A stretch of DNA of 64,000 nucleotides from Malacoraja senta (lineage: Eukaryota). Positions 1-13,582 of this stretch are shown piece by piece. The stretch covers positions 15,564,001 through 15,628,000 of the forward strand of contig CM075988.1 in NCBI GenBank assembly GCA_038087875.1, written 5' to 3'. The position numbers and the translations under genes were made by a program. Position 1 is the first letter of the stretch. Every line of letters starts with the position of its first letter. The notes under the pieces were generated by a model. The model saw nothing but the letters and a program-made list of their open reading frames with translations, was not told the DNA's origin and made no database searches.

Positions 1-748
1 GAGTCTGCATTGGCCATTTTGATCATTCACTGAATGGAGACAGCAAATATAATAGCATGGAGGTTCAGCGACTGGACACAGTCTGAGATCTGGACTGTTG
101 ATTCAGAGACAAAAGTTTGCATCCTACCATGGTAGCTGGGGAATTTTTGAAATCTGGTCCAGTCTCACATATAAAAATTGTGAATCTACTGGATTGTCAG
201 AAAAAACGTCTGGTATCATAAGTAGCCTTTTGGGAAGGAAATCTGCTGACCTAGATCTAAAGAAGGGTCCCGACTTGAAACGTCATACATCCTTTTTCTC
301 CAGAGATGCTGCCTGACCCGCTGTTACTCCAGCATTTTCTGTCTACCCGTTGACATATCCTGGCTTGTATGTAACACCAGAGCCACCAAGATAGTTGATT
401 CTCAATTGAGGAGCAATTAAGCATAAGTAGAAGCATAAAATACTTGATTTGCCAGTTAAAGATACATCCAATTAGTGAATACATTAAAAATAATCAATAT
501 TTTATGACTGGTTAGTTTGTAAATAGTGACTGTTCAGTGCTCAGCTTCATAACAAAAATTCATGTGTAAAAGCCATACAAATGTACGTGTAAAAAAACAT
601 CGACTCCTGACATGGATATGATGGGCCAAATGGCCTCATTCATTGCTGTAATTTTTCATTTTTCACCTGTGTAGTTACCATCTGCTTTTCCACCGTTTGC
701 TCAAGATTCCTGTTTTTACATCATTGAAGTAATTGCATTAGTACTTGC

Positions 749-814
749 CTGGAGATAACTGTTTCCAGCTGGATCATCAAGAATAAGGTGAGCTTCTTTT
801 TTAACCAGCATAAT
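749..814 (-). CDS. ZPR1: ZPR1 exon 13 (final exon lies left of the window)
   Basis: IMLVKKEAHLILDDPAGNSYLQ, then GCAAGT (GC-type donor); the 13 exons total 1209 nt = 403 codons in frame. Confidence 0.92.
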
Positions 815-1958
815 CTGAAGGGGGATATCATAATTCAAAATGTTTATTACAAGCACAAAAATATCAAAATGATCCACAAAAAAATAACAGCTACATGCAA
901 TTGAGGAATCCTGATGAATGAAAAATGTGACTCATTCTTTGAAGTGGGTCATCCTTTCTAGGTGCGTACAGAACCCGGCATTTCAACCCTATATAATGAA
1001 TTGATTCAGTACATCATGAGATTGTACCAAATCCAAAAGGAAGCATGAACAATAGTTTTAATAATCTTGCAGAATTAATGGAAGATTGTTCCATCCAGAT
1101 CACTATGGACAAATGGCTCATATCACAGTGAAATATATGATGGATGAATATATGATAAAAGGGGACAAAATGGATACGGTGAACTGGCTCAGAACCGGTT
1201 TTAGTCATACCCAGCTGGGATTTAAGATGCATGGGCTTGAACCATTTTCTCTATTCTATCACCCAGTACAAGTGGAGGTTTATTGAGCTTCAAAGATTTT
1301 ATTTTCTTTGTGAGCAGCTACAGTGGCAGGTACCAGGCCCCCTCACTTTACAATTTGCTTTGTTTGACTGTCCTTTACAGAAGAACAGAAAGTCCTGTAA
1401 ACATTATACTGCTAGAATTAGGAACATGGTTCACATAAAGCCCAATCATGAGGAAAAGTACAAACTTTGCAATCACCACAGTTACTCTTGTTATGATATA
1501 TTATTTTTAAGCAAAGTAATCACTGGTCCTTGGTTTGGTACTAGCTTCCAGTGTAATCAGTGTACCCGCCAGACTTCATTCATACAAGATGAACTGCAGC
1601 AATACTCAGTTGCAGTTTTACAGTGACATTCTGCCATTGTGCATACTCTGAGTAAACGGAACTGGATATCTACATTACTTTGGAAACACAAGAGACTGTA
1701 TATGCTGGAATCTTGTATGAAAAATAAACTGCTGGAGGAACTTAGCGAGTCAGGCAGCATCTGTGAAGGGACATGGGCAGATAACGTTTCAGTCTGAAGA
1801 AGGGTCCCGACCTGAAACGCGCCGTCCATTTCCCTCCATGGATGCTGCCTGATCCCAAAGCCAAGTTCTCCCAGCTGTTGGTTTTTATACATCATTCGTT
1901 TACTTGGATTTTTTTTAATTAAAAAAAATAAAACACAAAATGCAAATAAAAACTTTAC

Positions 1959-2048
1959 CTCATTCAACTTGTCTGCAAATTCTTTAAGTTGTACATATTT
2001 TTCAGGAACATTGCTGTCTCCTCCATAAAATGGGTTCTTTGCCACAAT
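1959..2048 (-). CDS. ZPR1: ZPR1 exon 12
   Basis: IVAKNPFYGGDSNVPEKYVQLKEFADKLNE; AG/GT; 90 nt. Confidence 0.92.
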
Positions 2049-3185
2049 CTAATACAAATGAGAAAATATGAAAGCCTTTTTTTCCAGTGTTTCAATCCAC
2101 AAAAGCCATCATATTGTTAACAATATTTAACAAAACAAAAGTTGATTCACAAGTAACCTTACAGTTTTTTCCATTTGCTCCCTTGTTCTTGCCGGTCGGT
2201 GATTGCCTTACTGTCAGTACTTCAATAAAAATCATGCAAGATCACTAGAATTATAATGTTCTAGTATCCTCTCTCACTCCAAGATTACACTGCTCACTCT
2301 GACAGTGGAACATTTCAGATTTATTTCTGCTACAAATTGAGCAGACTAATATATATTTCAGGATTCATATTCTTGCTTCTGATACGCGAGCATGGATATG
2401 ATTTTATAAACCTCAAATGTTTATAAAACCCCAAGGGACATAGAGAGGTGAATAGTTCATTTTTTCCCCTAGGGCAGAGAAGTCTCAAACTAGAGTGCAT
2501 AGATTTAAGCTGAGAGGGGAAAGATTTAAAGGAGAATTGAAGGGCAGGTTTCTCCACACAGAGGACGGTGGGCATATAAAATGAGCTACCAGAGGATGTG
2601 GTAGAGGCGAGTACAATTACAATATTTAAAAAGACATGAAAGTATTTAGATTGTGCACTTTAATTCATATGTTTTGGTATTGCCTCGTTTCATAAATTAT
2701 TCCAAACATTTCTCGTCAAGTCAACATTATTTGTCACATACACATACAAGATGTGCAGTGACATTAAAGTGGCAATGCCTGCAGATTGTGCAAAAACAAA
2801 ACAGAACCAGTATTTACATTTTAGAATTTTTTTTTTTTTTTTTAAAGACACACAACAAATTAGTCTCTGGTGAGATAAGAGTTTACAGTCCTGATGGCCT
2901 GTGGGAAGAAGCTCCGTCTCATCCTCTCTGTTTTCACAGCGTAGCAGCTGGAACAGTCCGTTGCTGGGGTGGTAGGGGTCCCTCATTATGTTGCTGGCTC
3001 TGGATCTGCACCTCCTGGTGTATAGGTCCTGCAGGAGTTGAGCGTAGTTCCCACAGAGTGTTCAGTGAAAATATTCTTCCTGCTGATGCTTCCCATTGAT
3101 CATTAGTTTGAAATTTTTGATATCAGTTACTTTTTGGGGGGACTGCTAGAGGGGAGGAGCAAAACCATTTCCTTCCCTTGAAGAT

Positions 3186-3670
3186 AGGCACAAATGCTGG
3201 AGTATCTCAGCGCGACAGGCAGCATCTCTGGATAGAAGGAATGGGTGACGTTTAGGGTTGAGACCTTTCTTCAGACTGAGAGTCACGGGAGAGGGAGACA
3301 CAGATAAAGAATGTAAGGTGTGAAAACGAGATATCAAAGGGTACGAAGTTCAAAGAAAATGTAGAATAGATCATTGTTAGCTAGGGGAGGGTAACAACGA
3401 ACCATACAAAGATAAAAATGTAATCAAGAGGACAGTCAGACTGGTCGGAGAACTATGATGGGGGAAGGTATGGAAAGAGAGGGAAAGCAAGGGTTACTTG
3501 AAGTTAGAGAAGTTGATATTCATACCGCTGGGTTGTAAGCTGCCCAACCAAAATATGAGGTGCTGTTCCTCCAATTTGCATTGGGCCTCACTCCGACAGT
3601 GGAGGAGGGCCAGGACAGAAAGGTATGGGAATGGGCGGTGGAGTTAGTGTTTATCAACCGGGTGATCGCC
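3186..3670 (-). mobile_element. Penelope-like retroelement 3' fragment (GIY-YIG C-terminus plus terminal repeat)
   Basis: Minus strand encodes LLHCRSEAQCKLEEQHLIFWLGSLQPSGMNINFSNFK*, followed by the ctgaagaa...aaacgtc/gatgctgcctg terminal repeat. Confidence 0.75.
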
Positions 3671-3793
3671 TTCCCTTCCCTTTCCTTTCCCTTCTCTTCC
3701 ATAAAAGCTGCAGCACAAGGACCCACGATAACCTTTGTTATGTATCCTTGCACTTCACACCTGAAAGTTAGTGAGACTATAAAAGGTAATTAC

Positions 3794-3904
3794 CAATTCT
3801 TTTATATCTGTCAACAGTCCTTCCAAGGTAGTAAACTTTCCTCCAAGAATTCCCATGCCCAACTCAAATTCCAGCTCTGGAATAGATACGAAGCAGGTTT
3901 CAGA
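3794..3904 (-). CDS. ZPR1: ZPR1 exon 11
   Basis: [41 protein letters not shown]; 111 nt. Confidence 0.95.
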
Positions 3905-4107
3905 CTGAAAAACAAGGACATAATTAAAAGCATGGCCACTAAATGCACAGGACATTTGCAAATAACATTTTGAAAAAGTTTAGGGATAAATGTAAAATTA
4001 TAAAATTATAAACCAGGTTAAATGTACAAATGCAAGTAGGTTGCCCATCTTACAAAAAAACTCAACATCCAAGTACTCTAACCGGTGGCACTATAAAGAT
4101 GGTATAC

Positions 4108-4197
4108 CTTGAGCAGGTCCCTGGTCAGGTCCGATGGGTCTGTAATCCGTAATGTGATTTTGGTACCCAAAGCTTCAGTAGCTCCTCCTGACTTAAC
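4108..4197 (-). CDS. ZPR1: ZPR1 exon 10
   Basis: [34 protein letters not shown]; 90 nt. Confidence 0.95.
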
Positions 4198-4629
4198 CTA
4201 CAATTAGAAAAATACTCTGATGAATATGAGTGTATAATTCCAGCTTTTCATTTTTTTCTTACTTTCATTCATCCCAATCCCCTCACCTGAAGATGGTACC
4301 ATCCACAGGGTGGGTGTTTTGCCTTTAACACCACATTCAAGTACCCTTGTGGGCACATCAGGGAGCAATGCAGACTACTTTACTAAAATGTGCAACACAA
4401 TCAACAATGCATGCAAACATTGCAACACAAGCCACTAAAGGTCATTGGTTTTCTCACCTTTTAACAGAAGGACATAAAAGATCACTTGTATCTACCCGTT
4501 TAGTACCCACTAGAATAAATTGAACAGTGCATTGACCAGATTAGAATCAGAACACAAGCAAATTGTTAGCAGCTCTTGCCAATATGCTAGTCAATAATTC
4601 AACTCAACATACTACTCAATTCTACCAAG

Positions 4630-4905
4630 AATAAAGGGGAGGCCATTTAAAACTGAGATGAGAAAAACTTTTTCACTCATAGAGTTGTGAATTTGTGGAA
4701 TTCTCTGCCACAGAAGGCAGCAGAGGCCAATTCACTGGATGAATTTAAAAGAGAGTTAGATAGAGCTCTAGCGGCTAGTGGAATCAAGGGATATGAGGAG
4801 AAGGCAGGCACGGGTTACTGATTTTGGATGATCAGCCGTGATCACAATGAATGGCGGTGCAGGCTCGAAAGGTCAAATGGCCTCCTCCTGCACCTATTTT
4901 ATGTG
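4630..4905 (+). mobile_element. CR1 LINE 3' fragment
   Basis: Aligns by eye with the 3' end (10140-10420) of the large CR1 copy. Confidence 0.8.
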
Positions 4906-5266
4906 TAACATCCCCTGTGAGGTTTAATACATTTTAATGGTATCTCGAGGACAAAGGAAGAAGTGCCTTATTATTACAGCGTAAACACAAGTACATCAAT
5001 GAACATGTACACCTGCAACTCCTCACAAATCTTTGAATCTGTGTATTGGTGATGGAAAGACCAGTTACCCATAGTTATTCGTAATTTCATTAGTCCACAC
5101 CAGTTTTGTCAGTAACTGTGGATAAGATCACCAGATGCTCCACTTGCTTCTGGTTCAGGGTACAGGAAGAATTAGAGGGGAATCAATGCCTTTACAAAAT
5201 AAAGAACAGGAGGGGTAAAATAAATATACACACATTAAAAACCTGAGCCAACTAGTAAAGATTTAC

Positions 5267-5337
5267 CTCATTGGTCCGGTGTCCACATGCTTCACAGTTT
5301 GTTGCCATGATGATCACCTCCTTGAAGTGTGGGATTT
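5267..5337 (-). CDS. ZPR1: ZPR1 exon 9
   Basis: (Q)[23 protein letters not shown]; 71 nt. Confidence 0.95.
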
Positions 5338-6929
5338 CTGGAAGCCTTTGGTAAAGGAAGCCACTGACAGGACTCCAGATCAAGACTCAATTCCAAAAAT
5401 ATTAACAATGTAATTGCAAGATAGGCAGTGAGTCTGCCGTGCATGGGCTTGCCAGCGATTAATTGTTTGAATTTAGTTTATTTACAAAAGTTTTGTTTAT
5501 TTGTGACAAGCAGGAACTGAAATAATTATTCCAAGGACACGGTGAAGTAGTCTGAAATGAATTCAAAGTTCTCCGTTTCTGACCATAAAACTATTTGGGA
5601 AATAAAACAGTTGGAAGATAAAGCTGAATACTGCTACTTTGACTATTGTTATAGGCTACTACGGATGTGATGCATGAATAGCCAAGTCATTACAGGTTTT
5701 GCCATTTCAAGTCCTGCCAAGCATGCAGGCACATTACTTTTCAGATCACTTTAATTACATCTCCTCAAAATGTAAAAAAAATGGGAAACACATTGACCAG
5801 TAACCACCTCCCTCCAGAGATCAAGCACCTTAAAATAGGACTTGCAGTTCTTGCTAATGTGGGACAAGCTGAAATTCTTTCATAAATATACTATGATATG
5901 TTCACATTTGAAAACATTAACTTGTCTTTTCCATTCCTGATGTTGATTGATCTTTTAAGTGATTCCAGAATGTTGCCTTATTTCCAATGTATTCTGAAGC
6001 TTTAATCTCAAAATGTCACATTTTCACCCACATTATTTGTTCGGAAATATTTCAGATTAATTAAGTCAAAGCATATTATGGAGTGATGCATTAGTTTATC
6101 GCTGGACATTGTAGTTAGTTACCAGTAAATAAAGAGTAAATGAACAACGAAGACCTGGTGAATCACAGGCCGACTTGCCCTTCTGCGCCATATTTGTGTA
6201 GTCATACTAAGCCCAGTAATGTGCAATTGGTCTGTGCCCCAATACAATGATAATGTTTTCCTTTCCCAAAGACACACTGGCTTGTCTAGCTCACCATTCC
6301 AAACAGCAACACTATGCCATGTCGGAAGGAACTGCAGATGCTCGTTTAAACCGAAGATAAGACACAAAAAGCTGGTGTAACTCAGCGGATCAGGCAGCAT
6401 CTCTGGAGGAAAGGAGTAGGTGACGTTTCGGGTCGACATCCTTCAGACTCAGTCTCGACCCAAAACTATTCCTTTTCGCCAGAGATGCTGCCTGAGCCGC
6501 TGAGATCCTCCAGCCTTTAGTGTCTAGCAACACTATCCTACCACCATCAGGTTGCCACCCACGATTGCTAACATAGTACTCTAACAAAAATGATTAGATT
6601 AATGGTGGGGCTTGTTATTGGTGCGATAATGACAAGTCCAGCCATTTCCTCTGTATGGACTGAAATGAATGAAAGAGGAAAAATAAAATATAACACACGA
6701 TCTGACAATTTTGAAACTACTGCAGTTCTTAAAGTGGCTGTTGTTACAGTCAGAAGAAAAAATCCTGAAGGTAATATTTCAGGACATTCAGAAACAATTC
6801 ATTAGGTTTTATTCCGCCGAAACATTATCTGTTCAAATGTTCTTGTCCAACAGTAATCACTTCAGCCTCCTCCAAGCCAACTCATTTCCTCTATATTTAC
6901 CTTAAATAAAAATGGCACCCATTTTATCT

Positions 6930-9900
6930 TCATAACACCAATTAGCTGGGAATTCCTCACAGCTTCATGGCATGTCGGCACAAACGATGTCGGAAAGAAG
7001 GGGATGAATATTCTGCAGCGTGACTTTAGAGAGCTCGGAAAAATGCTGAAAAGCAGGACCTCCAGGGTTGTTATCTCCGGTTTGCTTCCAGTTCCTCGTG
7101 CTGGCGAGAGCAGGAACAGGGAGATACGGGACCTGAACGTGTGGCTCAGGAACTGGTGCACGGGGCAGGGATTTAGATTCTTAGATCACTGGGATCTGTT
7201 TTGGGGTAAGGGGGAACTGTACAAAAGGGACGGATTGCATCTTAACAGGTGTGGGACCAGCATTCTGGCAGGCAGGTTTGCCACTGCTACACGGGTGGTT
7301 TTAAACTGAATAAGGGGGGTGGGGTGTCAAATGGGATAGTGGAGGATGGAGTTAAAGGGAAAGGGTTTCTTAAATGTGTGAGCGTAGAGACAGAGGAGTG
7401 TAAAATGAGGGTAGAAGCAATAGGTAGCAAGGTGAAAAGTAAAAGTGGAAGACAGACAAAACCAGGGCAAAAATCAAAAAGGGCCACTTTTCAACATAAT
7501 TGTATAAGGGGTAAGAGTGTTGTAAAAACAAGCCTGAAGGCTTTGTGTCTCAATGCAAGGAGTATTCGTAATAAGGTGGATGAGTTGAATGTGCAGATAG
7601 CTATTAATGACTATGATATAGTTGGGATCACGGAGACATGGCTCCAGGGTGACCAAGGCTGGGAGCTGAACATCCAGGGATATTCAATATTCAGGAGGGA
7701 TAGAGAGAAAGGAAAAGGAGGTGGGGTAGCATTGATGATTAGAGAGGAGATTAACGCAATGGAAAGGAAGGACATTGGGTTCGAGGATGTGGAATCGGTA
7801 TGGGTAGAGCTGCGAAACACTAAGGGGCAGAAAACGCTGGTGGGTGTTGTGTACAGGCCACCTAACAGTAGTAGTGAAGTTGGAGATGGTATCAAACAGG
7901 AAATTAGAAATGCGTGCGACAAAGGCAAAACAGTTATAATGGGTGACTTCAATCTACATATAGATTGGGTGAATCAAATTGGCAGGGGTGCTGAGGAAGA
8001 GGATTTCTTGGAATGTATGCGGGATAGTTATCTAAATCAACATGTAGAGGAACCAACGAGAGAGCAGGCTATTTTAGACTGGGTATTGAGTAATGAGGAA
8101 GGGTTAGTTAGCAGTCTTGTTGTACGTGCCCCCTTGGGCAAGAGTGACCATAATATGGTTGAGTTCTTCATTAGGATGGAGAGTGACATTGTTAATTCAG
8201 AAACAATGGTTCTGAACTTAAAGAAAGGTAACTTTGAGGGTATGAGACATGAATTGGCCATGATTGACTGGCAATTAATTCTAAAAGGGTTGACGGTGGA
8301 CATGCAATGGAAGACATTTAAAGACTGCATGGATGAACTACAAAAATTGTTCATCCCAGTTTGGCAAAAGAATAAATCAGGGAAGGTAGTGCATCCGTGG
8401 ATAACATGGGAAATCAGGGATGGTATCAAAGCGAAAGATGATGCGTACAAATTAGCCAGAAAAAGCAGCATACCAGAGGACTGGGAGAAATTCAGAGACC
8501 AGCAGAGGAGGACAAATGGCTTAATTAGGAAAGGAAAAATAGATTATGAAAGAAAACTGGCAGGGAACATAAAAACTGACTGCAAAAGTTTTTATAAATA
8601 TGTAAAAAGAAAGAGATTAGTTAAAACAAATGTAGGTCCCTTGCAGTCAGAAACAGGTGAGTTGATCATGGGGAACAAGGATATGGCGGACCAATTGAAT
8701 AACTACTTTGGTTCCGTCTTCACTAAGGAAGACATAAATAATCTGCCGGAAATAGCAGGGGACCGCGGGTCAAAGGAGTTGGAGGAATTGAGTGAAATCC
8801 AGGTTAGTCGGGAAGTGGTTTTGGGTAAATTGAATGGATTAAAGGCCGATAAATCCCCAGGGCCAGATAGGCTGCATCCCAGAGTACTTAAGGAAGTAGC
8901 TCCAGAAATAGTGGATGCATTAGTAATAATCTTTCAAAATTCTTTAGATTCTGGAGTAGTTCCTGAGGATTGGCGGGTAGCAAACGTAACCCCACTTTTT
9001 AAGAAGGGAGAGAGAAAACGGGGAATTACAGACCAGTTAGTCTAACATCGGTAGTGGGGAAACTGCTAGAGTCAGTTATTAAAGATGGGATAGCAGCACA
9101 TTTGGAAAGTGGTGAAATCATTGGACAAAGTCAGCATGGATTTACGAAAGGTAAATCATGTCTGACGAATCTTATAGAATTTTTCGAGGATGTAACTAGT
9201 AGCGTGGATAGGGGAGAACCAGTGGATGTGGTGTATCTGGACTTCCAGAAGGCTTTCGACAAGGTCCCACATAAGAGATTAGTATACAAACTTAAAGCAC
9301 ATGGCATTGGGGGTTCACTATTGATGTGGATAGAGAACTGGCTGGCAAACAGGAAGCAAAGAGTAGGAGTAAACGGGTCCTTTTCACAATGGCAGGCAGT
9401 GACTAGTGGGGTACCGCAAGGCTCAGTGCTGGGACCCCAGCTATTTACAATATATATTAATGACCTGGATGAGGGAATTGAAGGCAATATCTCCAAGTTT
9501 GCGGATGACACTAAGCTGGGGGGCAGTGTTAGCTGTGAGGAGGATGCTAGGAGACTGCAAGGTGACTTGGATAGGCTGGGTGAGTGGGCAAATGTTTGGC
9601 AGATGCAGTATAATGTGGATAAATGTGAGGTTATCCATTTTGGTGGCAAAAACAGGAAAGCAGACTATTTTCTAAATGGTGGCCGACTAGGAAAAGGGGA
9701 GATGCAGCGAGACCTGGGTGTCATGGTACACCAGTCATTGAAAGTAGGCATGCAGGTGCAGCAGGCAGTGAAGAAAGCGAATGGTATGTTAGCTTTCATA
9801 GCAAAAGGATTTGAGTATAGGAGCAGGGAGGTTCTACTGCAGTTGTACAGGGTCTTGATGAGACCACACCTGGAGTATTGCGTACAGTTTTGGTCTCCAA

Positions 9901-10435
9901 ATCTGAGGAAGGACATTATTGCCATGGAGGGAGTGCAGAGAAGGTTCACCAGACTGATTCCTGGGATGTCAGGACTGTCTTATGAAGAAAGACTGGATAG
10001 ACTTGGTTTATACTCTCTAGAATTTAGGAGATTGAGAGGGGATCTTATAGAAACTTACAAAATTCTTAAGGGGTTGGACAGGCTAGATGCAGGAAGATTG
10101 CTCCCGATGTTGGGGAAGTCCAGGACAAGGGGTCACAGCTTAAGGATAAGGGGGAAATCCTTTAAAACCGAGATGAGAAGAACTTTTTTCACACAGAGAG
10201 TGGTGAATCTCTGGAACTCTCTGCCACAGAGGGTAGTCGAGGCCAGTTCATTGGCTATATTTAAGAGGGAGCTAGATGTGGCCCTTGTGGCTAAAGGGAT
10301 CAGAGGGTATGGAGAGAAGGCAGGTACGGGATACTGAGTTGGATGATCAGCCATGATCATATTGAATGGCGGTGCAGGCTCGAAGGGCCGAATGGCCTAC
10401 TCCTGCACCTAATTTCTATGTTTCTATGTTTCTAT
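6930..10435 (+). mobile_element. 5'-truncated CR1-clade LINE: esterase-type ORF1 remnant plus APE-RT ORF2 with one frameshift near 9010
   Basis: ORF1 has HVGTND and DGLHLN (SGNH esterase blocks); ORF2 has LNARSI, GITETW, MGDFN, SDHN, then QHGF, GVPQGSVLGP, FADD; (TTTCTATG)n tail; 11-bp TSD ccattttatct at 6919-6929 and 10436-10446. Confidence 0.95.
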
Positions 10436-10958
10436 CCATTTTATCTGAGAATTCCTCGCATTCAGGTAGAAAGATCCGTTTCTCACAAGAATAAAATCTT
10501 GAACATAGGTCAGGCCAGGAGACGTAATCCAACATTTTACAGTCCCAAGAGATATCTGTACCCATGAATAGTTACACACATATCCACTACCACTATAATA
10601 TCCACTATATTATAATCCATAGGTCTGTGTTCACAAATATTCTTGCCAGCAAACAATGCAAATGTATTTGCAGATAAGATCCCATACAGCTTGATACTCT
10701 TAAAATTGTTTAGGATTGTGTAAAGAATGCTTCTGAAGCAAAGTTTTGAGAGAACAAGAAGCAAAGGCACTTACACCATCCATCAAATGCAATAAGTGGA
10801 TGAAAGAAAATGTCAAAAGATTTTATATAGATTTGTACTTTTTAAACAAAATAACTTGAATAAAATTAATATGTCCAACATTTAACCTTTGCTGAACAAT
10901 ATAATCCACCCTACAGCTTCATTCCGACCTGCAATTTCACACACGTGTAAAAGGATAC

Positions 10959-11025
10959 GTACTAGCTTCATATTGGTTTCAGCAGGCGCATTGCATTCTG
11001 GACAGTTGGTAGGAAATTTCAGCAC
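10959..11025 (-). CDS. ZPR1: ZPR1 exon 8
   Basis: [22 protein letters not shown] (second zinc finger CxxC); followed by U12-type donor GTATCCTTT. Confidence 0.95.
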
Positions 11026-11232
11026 CTATAGGAAAGAGTGAAAATGTCTTAATTTATCAACACAATTCCCCTTCTTCCTTCCACACTGCCAAATTACTAT
11101 GTGATCATTTCCCGTGTTGCTGGTTGAGCGCATTTTTACTGAGTGATTAAACTCCATCTCAATGGAAGATCCTATGCAAGAGAATGAACCAGTCAATACA
11201 TTTTATTTTGAAGTCCTCACAGAAAAACGTAC

Positions 11233-11286
11233 TTCATTTCTTAAATCTGCTATGGTATTTTCAGTCTTCTCCTCTTGTGCACATTC
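11233..11286 (-). CDS. ZPR1: ZPR1 exon 7
   Basis: ECAQEEKTENTIADLRNE; AG/GT; 54 nt; DLRNE linker motif. Confidence 0.88.
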
Positions 11287-11599
11287 CTGTAAAGAGAGCA
11301 AACAAATTAAAAATGATCGTTGGCAATCAGACTTCATTTTGTTTTCATCGTCATTGTTTAGCCAGGCTGCTCAATGGTCCCATTGTAAATGGCTACTGAA
11401 CAATTGAAAATCGAGTCTAGGTTGCCTTCACCTCCAAGGATGGTTGAATCTGGGCTCTATTCAGGACCTCCACAATCAGTTTTGGAAATTAATCTCTGTA
11501 ATGGCCACACAAAATAAATATTTTTGAAGACTGTATCCAAGAATGTGCCAAGAATTGGAGTTTTAAAAAAAATTGTCATGACGCAACTACTAATGTAAG

Positions 11600-12440
11600 A
11601 ACATAGAAATAGGAGCAATTTGAGCCGCCTCTATCATTTATTAAGATCATGATGGATTGTCTACATCAGCTCCGTTTTCCAGCACTGTTCCCATATCCCT
11701 TGATTGCCAATGTCCAGAAATCAATTGACCTCTACTTTAAATGAATCAATGCATGAGCCTCTACAGCCCCTCGGGGTTGAAATTTCAGATGCCTCACCAT
11801 CCTGTGAAGAGATTTCCCCTCATTTCAGTCTTAAATGGCCGATTACTGAATTTCTCAACCCAGGAAACATCTTCACTGCATCAAATCCTTTAAGAAATCA
11901 GCATGTTTTGGTGAGACCTCTCATTCTTCTACACTCTGACGGATGCAATGCCAGTCCACTCACTTGGTCCTTATCTGGCAAACTCATCAGCCCTGGAACC
12001 TACTCGGTTAATCTTTCTTTTGTATGGAGACCAAAACTGTACACAATTCTCCAGTTGCAATCTCACAAGAGTCCCTACATTAAGACTCCTTTCACATTCA
12101 AAATAACATTTGCCCACTTAATTGCTTGCTGCCCCTTCAGCAACTAAGGCCCTTTAAACATCAACACTGCAGATTAACAAACACTTTACATTTATTTTAC
12201 ATACACCAGAGTGAGTAACCTCACATTTTCTACACTATATTCCATCCACCATGTTCTCATGCACAGCTTTTTCATATCCCTTGAAGCCTCTCTGTATGCT
12301 CCTTCATATTCACAATGCCACCCTAGTTTAGCACTATCAATAATGTGAAAAATAAGATTAGTTCCCCTTGGCCAAAACCTTAACATAGATCGTGAATAGC
12401 TGGGGCCAAAGCGCTGATCCCTGTGGTACCTCACTAACTT
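11600..12440 (-). mobile_element. Old degraded CR1-type RT fragment
   Basis: Decayed similarity to the RT and 3'UTR of the CR1 copy (reverse strand shows remnants of GVPQGS.LGP and the ttctatg tail). Confidence 0.55.
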
Positions 12441-13021
12441 GTTACCAGATCAAACAGTTTACTCAAATGCACTCAGAGGAAGCCAGCCAGGCAAACGAGG
12501 AAGAAAGGAAGGAAGGAATAAAACAGGAATTATACAGATTGAAATGGAGATGCCAAGTTATTCGTGGAGTTTCTACCTATATTGGTTCCTAGGTACCATG
12601 AATGATATATACAAGGGAATTGCAGTTTCATTAATGTACAGAGGTTCTCCTCTACTTTGAGCCAAACCCATTGCAGCTGGTGAAGGCCCCTCCACCAATG
12701 AGTCTAAGATTAACTCTTATTTAAAAAAAGACCATCAGAAATGACACACTGTAAAACATAGCTGTTGTCCAGTATACGTTCTTCAGTATGTTATTTTCAG
12801 TTATAGGCATCCCCTTGAATATTTGCCTGAGCTTACTTGAATGGATTTTACAAGGGGGGGGGGGGGGGGGGGGGCGTTTAGAATGTTTTCAGTCGGAAGT
12901 CCACCAATCGTTGGCCACTTCCAATTCATTAAATTAGTGATCAAAACCAACGATCTCAAGCACACAATTAACAATACGCTAATAATTTAGCCTACATACA
13001 CACCTGTGAAATTGTGCCTAC

Positions 13022-13144
13022 CTGGATTCCCAACATACTGTCCTGTTTAGCATCTCGTTTGTAATAAGTAACTGTTAAGGCCTCATCTTTCTGAGGGGTA
13101 TACGGATTTTCAATAAAGCTGTTCCCAGAAGGATCATCAATAAT
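13022..13144 (-). CDS. ZPR1: ZPR1 exon 6
   Basis: [45 protein letters not shown]; 123 nt. Confidence 0.95.
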
Positions 13145-13582
13145 CTGTACAAGGTAAAAGAAACAATAAATAAATAAATAAATCATCGTTTGGTGCTCAT
13201 CACATCATATCGTAATCTACACCATTCCCTTTGATATTAAACGTGGTGATTTCAGTCCTTATATTATTCAAAAATGTCTATTTATACAAATCCTGTCCTG
13301 TCCTCTGGTAGGCAGATGAAGTAGTAAAGAAGGCTGTCACAGATCTGGGCATTGTTCAAGAGTCAGGAAGTCATGATGCTACTCTATAGGACTTTCATTT
13401 GAATTATTGTGTACATTTCTGTTCCGCCCATTACTGGAAGGATGTGGAGGACTTTGAAGAAGATGCAGAGGAGGTTTGCCAGAATGCTACGTGGATCAGT
13501 GGGTATTAGCTATAAGAGGATGGAAAAACTTGAATTGTTTTAATTGAAGCATTGGAGGCTGAGAGGAAACATGATACAAATA

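Noticed and set aside
905..1025. Possible intronic C/D snoRNA (ATGATG box with weak terminal stem)
   Set aside because: No terminal CTGA D box in the host-gene orientation and no recognisable guide
12854..12874. Poly-G tract
   Set aside because: Simple homopolymer of unreliable length; no functional evidence
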